Under the pieces are notes generated by a model. It saw only the letters and a program-made list of their open reading frames with translations. It had not been told where the DNA came from and ran no database searches. 62,459 nucleotides of DNA from positions 1 through 62,459 of the forward strand of contig JAYQQG010000004.1 in NCBI GenBank assembly GCA_038145765.1, written 5' to 3'. Positions 14,404 through 22,272 of this stretch are shown one piece after another. The stretch comes from Verrucomicrobiales bacterium. GTDB lineage: Bacteria > Verrucomicrobiota > Verrucomicrobiia > Limisphaerales > UBA1100. A program made the translations under genes and the position numbers. Position 1 is the first letter of the stretch. Each line of letters starts with the position of its first letter.

Positions 14404-16214
14404 GCGACTCTAAATCAACAACCGAAACCCAACCGAAATCCAATGTGCCGCGCGTGCTGGCCGGCGTGGCACTTAGCATTGTTGTTCTCGCTGGAAGCGT
14501 CGGTTTGGCCTCGTATTTTCTAAACAATCAGCCCGAAGCCGAACGCCGAGAACCGCCCCGCAAAGTGACCGTGGTGAACACCGTGGTCGTGCAGCCCGAA
14601 GATTTTGTGATCCATCTTCCCAGCCAGGGTCGTGTTCAGGCACGAGCAACCACCGGGATTAGTCCCGAGGTCGCCGGTCGCGTCATTTCCATCGAACCCA
14701 ATTTCAAGGAAGGTGGCTTTTTCAGTCCCGGCCAAAAACTGCTGACTCTGGACAATAGTGATTACGAAAACACCGTCACCAAAACGCTGGCCCAAATCGA
14801 ACAACTCAAGGCCAAACTCAAGCTGGAAGAAATTGATCGAGCCAACCTGACCAACGCCGTATCGGTGGCCAGTGCCCAGCTGATGCAGGCCCAGATCGCC
14901 CTAAACAAGGAAATGATCGAAGCCACCTCGTTTCAAAACGCCTTCAAGGTGGCTGAAGCCAACCTCCAGCAGGCGCAGGTTGGCCTGAAGCTCCAAATAC
15001 TTGAGCGGTCCAGCTATTCCAACGCCGTCACCGTGGCCGAGGCCAATCTCAAGCAGGCTGAGGCGAACCTTCAGCTCACCCTCGCCGAACAAAGTGCCGC
15101 AATCGCCAACCTTCGCCGCCTGAACAAATTCGAAGGGGCCTCGGCCCTCGCCAAAAAAGAACCGCAAGTGACCGAAGCCCAGGCCGCCACCGAAGCGCAG
15201 CGGGCCTCCCTCACAAAGGCTCAAAAAGATCTAACTGAGAAACCCGCCCAACTTGAGGCCGAGCTGCAGGCCAAGATCGTGGTGGCTCAGGAACAACTGA
15301 ATGAAGCTAAAGCCAACCTCAATCTCCCCGAACAACGCGCCGCCGATCTGCGGGCTAAAATCAAAGTGGCCGAGGCCGAACTGATCGCTGCCCAAGCCGC
15401 TCTGGAAAAACCCGAGCAACTCCAAGCCGAACTCGGCGCCCAAATCAAAATCGCCGAAGCTGAGGCGGCACAAGCCCGCCGAAATGCCACCCGTACCACC
15501 GTTTATGCGCCCGATTACCATGGTCGTATTACCGAAAAACGAGTCGACATCGGTCAGGTGGTCAACATCGGCACTGTGCTCGCCACGGCCATTGCCACCG
15601 ATTTCGCTGAAGTGCGGCTGCCGCTCTCCAACCAACGCCTGGCGTACCTGAACATCCCTGAACCCCTCGTCAGCACCAACAACACTGAAGCGTTGCAAAA
15701 TCAACCGGCCACACCCCGCCCGCCGGTGACCTTGACCGCCGAGATTGGCGAACGCCGCTATCAATGGCAGGGCGTCATTGACCGCGCCGAGGGCCGGTAC
15801 GACGCCGCCAGCCAGCAGCTGTTCCTCATTGCTCAAGTACAGGAACCTTACCGGACACAACCGGCCCTGCGTTCGGGCTTGTTTGTGCGCGCGGACATCA
15901 CCGGCAATACGCTGGCCCAGGTGTATGTGCTAAAGCGGCACTACGTACGCCGCGGCAACGAGGTTGCTTTGCTTGTGCAAGACGGAGATCAGAAAACACT
16001 CAAGCGTCAACCGATCACCGTGCTCTGGCGCGATGAAAATGTAATCGTCACCGCCGATCTTCAACCCGGTGATAAAGTGATCACCACGCCTGTGGAATAC
16101 GCCACCAACGGACAAAGCCTGCGCGAAGCCGGCGATCCCCTGCCCGGCCCGCCCACCGGCAAAGGCAAGGGATCAAAAGGCAAACCCAAGAAAGCCAAAC
16201 CCGCCGCTGAATGA
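14400..16214 (+). CDS. Efflux RND periplasmic adaptor (MFP/HlyD family) with an unusually long coiled-coil hairpin
   Basis: 604 aa with an N-terminal TM anchor. It has a barrel-sandwich entry (GRVQARATTGISPEVAGRVISI) and exit (TVYAPDYHGRITEKRVDIGQVV), and a C-terminal beta-barrel region. About 240 residues of heptad-like sequence lie between the two lipoyl halves. The tail is Lys-rich (GKGKGSKGKPKKAKP). There is an ATGA overlap with the pump gene. Confidence 0.85.
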   Translation: MSDSKSTTETQPKSNVPRVLAGVALSIVVLAGSVGLASYFLNNQPEAERREPPRKVTVVNTVVVQPEDFVIHLPSQGRVQARATTGISPEVAGRVISIEPNFKEGGFFSPGQKLLTLDNSDYENTVTKTLAQIEQLKAKLKLEEIDRANLTNAVSVASAQLMQAQIALNKEMIEATSFQNAFKVAEANLQQAQVGLKLQILERSSYSNAVTVAEANLKQAEANLQLTLAEQSAAIANLRRLNKFEGASALAKKEPQVTEAQAATEAQRASLTKAQKDLTEKPAQLEAELQAKIVVAQEQLNEAKANLNLPEQRAADLRAKIKVAEAELIAAQAALEKPEQLQAELGAQIKIAEAEAAQARRNATRTTVYAPDYHGRITEKRVDIGQVVNIGTVLATAIATDFAEVRLPLSNQRLAYLNIPEPLVSTNNTEALQNQPATPRPPVTLTAEIGERRYQWQGVIDRAEGRYDAASQQLFLIAQVQEPYRTQPALRSGLFVRADITGNTLAQVYVLKRHYVRRGNEVALLVQDGDQKTLKRQPITVLWRDENVIVTADLQPGDKVITTPVEYATNGQSLREAGDPLPGPPTGKGKGSKGKPKKAKPAAE

Positions 16215-19200
16215 ACGCGATGATCGCCTGGTTCGCCCGCAACAGCGTGGCTGCCAACCTCCTGATGGTGTTTATCATCCTCATGGGGGTCCACGGCATC
16301 GTCAACCGCCTGCCGGTTGAGGTCTTTCCAGATTTCGCGCCGGACGAGGTACAAATCCGCGTCACATACCGCGGCGCCACCCCCGAGCAGATGGAGGAAT
16401 CCATCGTCATCCCGCTCGAGAACGCCGTCGCCGACCTGCCCGGCGTGGAGGAAATCCAAAGCTCCGCCAGTGAAGGCCGTTGTACCATTGAGGTCGAGAT
16501 CGAGAGCGGCCATGACCCGCGCGATGTGCTGGATGACGTCAAGAGCCGCGTCGAGGCCGTCAGCGTCTTACCCGAGGGCATCGAACCGCCGGAAGTGAAG
16601 GTTGATGAAAGCCTCCACGAGGTGGTTACCCTCATTCTACACGGGGACATGAGCGAGTACGACCTGTACAAGCTTGGGGAACGCGTGCGGGACGAAGCGG
16701 GCAGGCTGGATGGCATTTCCCGCGTGCGCCTGCGCGGCCTGCGCAGCTACGAGATCAGCATTGAGATCAGCGAGCAAATCCTGCGCGAACACCAACTCAC
16801 CCTGAAAGACGTGGCCGATGCGGTGAGCAATTCCGCAGTCGACATTCCCGGCGGCGCCATCCGCGCCCGGAACGGCGAATTGCTCCTCCGCACCGAGGGC
16901 CGCGCTTTTGATAAAGCGGCCTTCGATAAAATCATCGTTCAAGCCCGTGAAGACGGCTCGCACCTGACCCTTGGGGAAATCGCCACCGTCCGCGATGGCT
17001 TCGAGGAAAACCGCGTGGTTATGCGTTTTAATGGCAAACGCTGCGCCGTGGTGCATGTGGCCCGAACCGGCTCACAAAACGCCCTCAAGATCGAGCGCAC
17101 CGTTCAGCAATATCTCACCGAGCTCACACCACAGCTGCCCGAGGGCGTGAGTATCGACATCTGGAACAACCGCGCCGATATCATCAAGAAACGCCTCGTC
17201 ACTCTGAACGATTCCGCGTTCATGGGGATCGGCTGTATCATCGTATTGCTCGGCCTGTTCCTGCGCCCGGCTATCGCATTCTGGGTCTGCCTCGGTGTGC
17301 CCATCGCCTTCATGGGATCCTTTGCCATGATGCCGTATCTCGGGGTCACCATAAACCTATTCACTCTGTACGGTTTTATCATCGTTCTGGGCATCCTGGT
17401 GGATGACGCGATCGTCACGGGTGAACGCATCCACGCCTATCAACAAGGCGGGGGCACCGGCTTGGATGGAGCCATCAAGGGCGCGCAGGAAGTTGCCACG
17501 CCGGTGATCTTTGGGGTGCTCACCACCATCATCGCCTTCGTGCCATTGCTGCTGGTGGAAGGACGTCGGGGCCAGATTTTTGCGCAAATACCGTTGGTGG
17601 TCATTCCCTGTCTGCTCTTTTCACTGGTGGAATCCAAACTCATCCTGCCGGCGCACCTCAGCCATTTATCCACAGGCAAACCACCCCGCGAACGCCTAAG
17701 TGTGTTGGCGCGAATCCAGCGGTGGTTTGCCGATGGTCTGGAATGGGGGATCGACCACCTGTACCGGCCGCTTTTGGCCAGCGCTTCCACGCATCGTTAT
17801 GTGACACTGAGCCTCTTCATCGGCGCGGCCATCATCATTTGCTCGTACAGTTATAGTGGCCGATTGAAGATGATTTATTTCCCGCCGATCGATGCCGATT
17901 ATGCCACCACCCGACTGGTGATGCCCGAGGGCACCCCCTACGAGGTCACCGAGGATAAACTGCAAAAGATGATCGATGAGGCGCACAACCTGAAGGTTGC
18001 CTACACCGGGACTTACCATAACCCCGAAACCGGTGAAGCCGAATCCCGCAGCCTTGTGCAGCACATCATCACCACCGTGGGTGGCCAAAATATCGCCGGC
18101 GTTCGCGGCAGTGCCTCCAGCGGCGTGGCCAATCTCGGTGAAGTACAAATCCAGCTGATGCCGCCGGAAGACCGCGTGCATTTTGAGGACACCAAATTCC
18201 ACGAGATCAAGACCCGGGCACTAACCGCTGAATGGCGCCGGAACATCGGGGTCATCGAGGGCGCTCAGGAGGTCACCACACGCGCCGTGATCGGCCGCAC
18301 GCGCGACCCCATCGCCATTAAGCTCGCCATGCCCGCACTGAACACCAGCGCGGAAACCACCGACGCTCTGGCCCTGGTTTCCGGCACCATCCAAAACGAG
18401 TTGGAAACTTATCAGGGCCTGTTCGATATCCATGATAGTTTTCAGCGTACCAAGGAAGAAGTGCGCCCGGTGTTGAAACCCGACGCCCTCCAGCGCGGCC
18501 TCACCCGCGCCATGATCGGCCAGCAGGTCCAGGGCGGCTTCTTCGGCCACGAAGCTCAACGGATTCAACGCGGCCAAAACCAGGTGCGTGTGATGGTGCG
18601 GTATCCGCTGGCCGAACGCGAAACCCTCGCCAGCTTGGAGAACATGCACATCCGCACCCCCGAAGGCACCTCCATGCCCCTCACTGCCGTGGCTGATCTG
18701 GAGATGGCCGAAAGTTTCCCCTCCATCCGCCGCACAGATCTGGCCCGCACACTCTATGTGGTCGCCGATGCGGACAAATACGATCCCACTTTGGATCTTG
18801 AGAAAATCCGGGACGACATGGCTCCCAAGGTTGCCCAACTCGTCAGTGGGCACCCCGGCATGAGTCATGAATTTGTCGGGGAAGGCCGCGAACGGCGCGA
18901 ATCATTTGCCGCCCTGAAACTGGGCGGCGTCATTATCATCCTCGGCATCTACGCCATGCTGGCCATTCCCTTCAAAAGCTACAGTCAACCGCTCATCGTC
19001 ATGGGCATCATTCCCTTCAGCATCATGGGCGCGTTGCTGGGGCACATGATCATGGATGTGCCCTTCAGCATCATGAGTGCCTTTGGCTTGCTGGCGATGG
19101 CCGGCGTGGTGGTCAACGACAGTCTTGTGATGGTACATTACATTAACCTGAAGCGCGCCGAAGGCCTGCCATTAACGGAAGCGGTGCGAAATGCCGGCGG

Positions 19201-19450
19201 GGCACGCTTCCGGCCGATCCTGTTGACCAGCCTGACCACCTTTGTCGGCATCCTGCCCACCATGTTTGAGAAAAGCACGCAGGCTCAATTCGTCATCCCC
19301 ATGGGCATCAGCCTCGCCTGGGGCGTGCTCTTTGCCACCTTCATTACCCTGATCCTGGTCCCCATCAGCTACCTGATTCTTGAGGACATCAAAAGTGGCC
19401 TCCGCCGCTACTGGAATTGGCAACTCGATCGAGCGGCCGAGGTCGCCTAG
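16211..19450 (+). CDS. RND efflux permease (AcrB/HAE-type inner-membrane transporter)
   Basis: 1079 aa with the family start MIAWFARNSVAANLLMV. TM4/TM10-type motifs are present (GILVDDAIVTGE and AGVVVNDSLVMVHY). It has the duplicated 6-TM plus large-loop organisation. Confidence 0.92.
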   Translation: MNAMIAWFARNSVAANLLMVFIILMGVHGIVNRLPVEVFPDFAPDEVQIRVTYRGATPEQMEESIVIPLENAVADLPGVEEIQSSASEGRCTIEVEIESGHDPRDVLDDVKSRVEAVSVLPEGIEPPEVKVDESLHEVVTLILHGDMSEYDLYKLGERVRDEAGRLDGISRVRLRGLRSYEISIEISEQILREHQLTLKDVADAVSNSAVDIPGGAIRARNGELLLRTEGRAFDKAAFDKIIVQAREDGSHLTLGEIATVRDGFEENRVVMRFNGKRCAVVHVARTGSQNALKIERTVQQYLTELTPQLPEGVSIDIWNNRADIIKKRLVTLNDSAFMGIGCIIVLLGLFLRPAIAFWVCLGVPIAFMGSFAMMPYLGVTINLFTLYGFIIVLGILVDDAIVTGERIHAYQQGGGTGLDGAIKGAQEVATPVIFGVLTTIIAFVPLLLVEGRRGQIFAQIPLVVIPCLLFSLVESKLILPAHLSHLSTGKPPRERLSVLARIQRWFADGLEWGIDHLYRPLLASASTHRYVTLSLFIGAAIIICSYSYSGRLKMIYFPPIDADYATTRLVMPEGTPYEVTEDKLQKMIDEAHNLKVAYTGTYHNPETGEAESRSLVQHIITTVGGQNIAGVRGSASSGVANLGEVQIQLMPPEDRVHFEDTKFHEIKTRALTAEWRRNIGVIEGAQEVTTRAVIGRTRDPIAIKLAMPALNTSAETTDALALVSGTIQNELETYQGLFDIHDSFQRTKEEVRPVLKPDALQRGLTRAMIGQQVQGGFFGHEAQRIQRGQNQVRVMVRYPLAERETLASLENMHIRTPEGTSMPLTAVADLEMAESFPSIRRTDLARTLYVVADADKYDPTLDLEKIRDDMAPKVAQLVSGHPGMSHEFVGEGRERRESFAALKLGGVIIILGIYAMLAIPFKSYSQPLIVMGIIPFSIMGALLGHMIMDVPFSIMSAFGLLAMAGVVVNDSLVMVHYINLKRAEGLPLTEAVRNAGGARFRPILLTSLTTFVGILPTMFEKSTQAQFVIPMGISLAWGVLFATFITLILVPISYLILEDIKSGLRRYWNWQLDRAAEVA

Positions 19451-19504
19451 CCCAAAACCCGATTTTCGTTGGACATTACCCCCCGTCCAACGGATATTCA
19501 GTTC

Positions 19505-20206
19505 ATGAAGCATACCCTTATTCTAACGACAGCCCTCATCGCGTTCACTTCCTTCGCCGAAAAAAAACTTCACTCCGCCATCACCCCCGGCCCCCGCGGC
19601 GGTGGCTGGATCAATCGTCATGAATCCTTTAATAAACGAGTGGCCCAAGGCAATTGTGACCTTATCTTTATTGGCGACTCCATCACCCAGGGCTGGGAAG
19701 GTCGCGGCAAGGGCGTCTGGGCCAAATACTACACTAAGCGCAACGCCGTAAACCTCGGCATTGGCGGCGACCGAACCGAACACGTGATTTGGCGGCTGGA
19801 TAACGGCAACCTGAAGAACATCAAGCCCAAGGCCGCTGTCATTATGATCGGCACAAACAATTCCGGCAGCAACACCTCAAGAGAAATCGCCGACGGCGTT
19901 GAGGTCATCGTCCAGCAACTGCGCAAGAAACTGCCCGAGACCAAGGTGCTTGTACTTGGGGTGTTTCCCCGCGGCGCCAACAACGCCGACAAACGTCGAC
20001 AGGTCAACGAGGGCGCCAATGCCCTGTTCAAAAAACTGGCTGACGGTAAGGCCGTGCATTACCTCGATATCGGGCCAGCGTTTCTCGAGAAAGACGGCAC
20101 GCTCACTCGCGAAATCATGCCCGACCTCCTGCACCTCAGCGAAAAAGGATACACCATTTGGGCCGAATCCATCGAAGCCAAGCTGAAGGAACTGATGGGA
20201 GAGTAA
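19505..20206 (+). CDS. SGNH/GDSL-type hydrolase (PAF-acetylhydrolase-IB-like esterase)
   Basis: Signal peptide MKHTLILTTALIAF. Block I is FIGDSITQGW, block III is IGTNN and block V is DLLHLSEKGY. I prefer ATG 19505 over the TTG at 19469 listed in the ORF track. Confidence 0.8.
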   Translation: MKHTLILTTALIAFTSFAEKKLHSAITPGPRGGGWINRHESFNKRVAQGNCDLIFIGDSITQGWEGRGKGVWAKYYTKRNAVNLGIGGDRTEHVIWRLDNGNLKNIKPKAAVIMIGTNNSGSNTSREIADGVEVIVQQLRKKLPETKVLVLGVFPRGANNADKRRQVNEGANALFKKLADGKAVHYLDIGPAFLEKDGTLTREIMPDLLHLSEKGYTIWAESIEAKLKELMGE

Positions 20207-20261
20207 CAAAGCCTCGCCCATTGCCCTTCCCCATGAAACCGATACAATTCAATTACGCCAT

Positions 20262-21254
20262 ATGAAACCGGTTATTGCACTGCTGACATGCGCGTTCACC
20301 CTGACTGCCGCACCCAAAGGACAACTCACCTATATCACACCCGAAGCCGCCGCCAAGGATCCGGACTTTGCTATCCAAGGCGAATACACCGGTGAAGGCA
20401 CTGACGGTGAAGGCAAACGCTGGCAACTTGGCCTGCAAATTGTCGCCCTCGGCGAAGGCACGTTTCAGGCCACCGCATTCGGCGGCGGGTTACCCGGGGC
20501 CGGCTGGAACGACGAGACCAAGTGGACCTACATCGGGAAACGCAAACCTGATGCCAAGGGCAAGGCCAGTTTCACCAACGATCAATCGCCCATCTCCCTG
20601 CACTACATCAACGGCAAGGTGATTGCTGCCAAGGGCGACCGCAAGGTGGGCAGTTTCGACAAAGTTACCCGCAAATCCGACACGCTCGGAGCCAAGGCCC
20701 CCAAAGGCGCCAAAATCCTGTTTGCCGGCAAGGATAACGGCACGCTCGATGGCCTCAAGATCACCGATGATGGCCTCATGCAGGAAGGGGCCACCACCAA
20801 GGACAAGTTTCAGAGCTTCAAGCTCCATGTGGAATTCCGGCTGCCCTTCAAGCCCACCGCCCGTGGCCAGGCCCGCGGCAACAGCGGCCTGTATCTGCAG
20901 CGCCGATACGAGTTGCAGGTGCTTGATTCGTTTGGCATCGAGTTAAACCCGGGTAAAAACGATTGCGGCTGTCTGTATCGGCAAAAGTTCCCGGATGTAA
21001 ACGCCTGTTTCCCGCCGCTGACTTGGCAAACTTATGATGTGGAATTCACCGCGGCCAAGTTTGATGCAGAGGGCAAAAAGACCACACCCGCCCGCATTAC
21101 GGCACGGCTCAACGGCATCCTGATCCATGACGATTATGCGCTGAAAAACAAGACCGGCGCCGGCCACCCTGAAGGCGCCGAGCCCGGCCCGATCTGGTTC
21201 CAAAACCATAGCAACCCCGTGCGTTATCGCAACGTGTGGATCGTTGAACAATAA
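20262..21254 (+). CDS. DUF1080 domain protein (3-keto-disaccharide hydrolase family fold)
   Basis: 330 aa with a signal peptide. The C-terminal ~190 aa carry family-typical blocks: KLHVEFRL, GNSGLYLQRRYELQVLDS, CGCLY, ARLNGILIHD and the ending FQNHSNPVRYRNVWI. Confidence 0.85.
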   Translation: MKPVIALLTCAFTLTAAPKGQLTYITPEAAAKDPDFAIQGEYTGEGTDGEGKRWQLGLQIVALGEGTFQATAFGGGLPGAGWNDETKWTYIGKRKPDAKGKASFTNDQSPISLHYINGKVIAAKGDRKVGSFDKVTRKSDTLGAKAPKGAKILFAGKDNGTLDGLKITDDGLMQEGATTKDKFQSFKLHVEFRLPFKPTARGQARGNSGLYLQRRYELQVLDSFGIELNPGKNDCGCLYRQKFPDVNACFPPLTWQTYDVEFTAAKFDAEGKKTTPARITARLNGILIHDDYALKNKTGAGHPEGAEPGPIWFQNHSNPVRYRNVWIVEQ

Positions 21255-21255
21255 A

Positions 21256-22272
21256 ATGCGCCCACTCGCCCTCGCGCTTTTTACATTTGCCATTTCGATC
21301 TCAGCCGCACCGCTGAAGCTCACGCTCAGCACTGTGCCTGGGCTGCAGTTCGACAAACCGCGCTTCACCGCCGAGCCCGGCCAGGCGATTGAACTCACGT
21401 TCAAAAACCCGGACGACATGGCGCACAATCTCGTCTTCACCCGGCCCGGCCAGCGCATGGCCGTTGTCCAGGCGACTCTTGCGCTGCCGCCAGATTCCAA
21501 CCGTCCCATCGAGCACCAGGCCGTGCTGGCCCAGACCCGGACTCTGAAACCGAATGAATCCATCGTCCTGAAATTCACGACACCCAAAGCCAGGGGGATT
21601 TACCCCTACGTTTGCACTCTTCCTGGCCACGGCCTGTTAATGTACGGCGCCCTGTATATCGGTGAACCGATGCCGGACCTGGCCAAAGACACCCATGTAC
21701 CCCCCTTGGCTCGTGCCAAGAGCGCCAATGCCAGCCTGCACGCCTGGCCGCATCGTCGTCCGTTGATGTACCGCATCTTCATGCCCGATGCTTCCCCGGC
21801 AGCCATCGCCGTTGCCCTGCCCCACGGAGTTTCCTACTGCTGGGATGCCGGCCAATGCCGCCTGCGTTACGCGTGGATCGGCGGATTTGTCGATCCCATG
21901 CCGGTCTGGCGCGGAAACGGCAATGGGCTGGCCAAGATCATCGGAGACCCATTTTGGGTGGCACCCAAAGTGTTCCCTCTAAAAGTGGGGCGTGCCTTGC
22001 AAAAAATTGAGTTCAAAGGCTATCGGAAGATCAAGGGCCATCCTGAATTTCATTATACCATCAACGGGCTCGACGTGTATGAGCATATCACCGCCCTGCC
22101 CAATGGTATGGGCCTCACCCGACACTTCCGCATTCCGAAAATTACCGCGCCGCTCTCCGTGACACCCGGCCATGGCGAAATCGATGCGGCACTGACCAAC
22201 GGCGTGGCCGTATTGCCGCCGGCCAAAGCCAAGGCCTTTACCATCACCCATCATCATCGGCACCAGAAATGA
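21256..22272 (+). CDS. Azurin-like cupredoxin domain protein with an unassigned C-terminal ~200-aa domain and a His-rich tail
   Basis: Signal peptide MRPLALALFTFAISISAAP. Putative type-1 copper ligands are DDMAHNLVF and YPYVCTLPGHGLLMYG (C-x4-H-x3-M, as in azurin). The tail is THHHRHQK. I prefer ATG 21256, 1 nt after the upstream stop, over TTG 21244. There is an ATGA overlap with the next gene. Confidence 0.8.
   Translation: MRPLALALFTFAISISAAPLKLTLSTVPGLQFDKPRFTAEPGQAIELTFKNPDDMAHNLVFTRPGQRMAVVQATLALPPDSNRPIEHQAVLAQTRTLKPNESIVLKFTTPKARGIYPYVCTLPGHGLLMYGALYIGEPMPDLAKDTHVPPLARAKSANASLHAWPHRRPLMYRIFMPDASPAAIAVALPHGVSYCWDAGQCRLRYAWIGGFVDPMPVWRGNGNGLAKIIGDPFWVAPKVFPLKVGRALQKIEFKGYRKIKGHPEFHYTINGLDVYEHITALPNGMGLTRHFRIPKITAPLSVTPGHGEIDAALTNGVAVLPPAKAKAFTITHHHRHQK

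Noticed and set aside
19469-19504. TTG-initiated extensions in the ORF track (19469 for the SGNH hydrolase, 53284 for DUF1501, 21244 for the cupredoxin).
   Set aside because: In each case a downstream in-frame ATG opens a cleaner signal or Tat peptide, and for 21244 it also avoids overlap with the preceding gene. The TTG starts cannot be strictly excluded.
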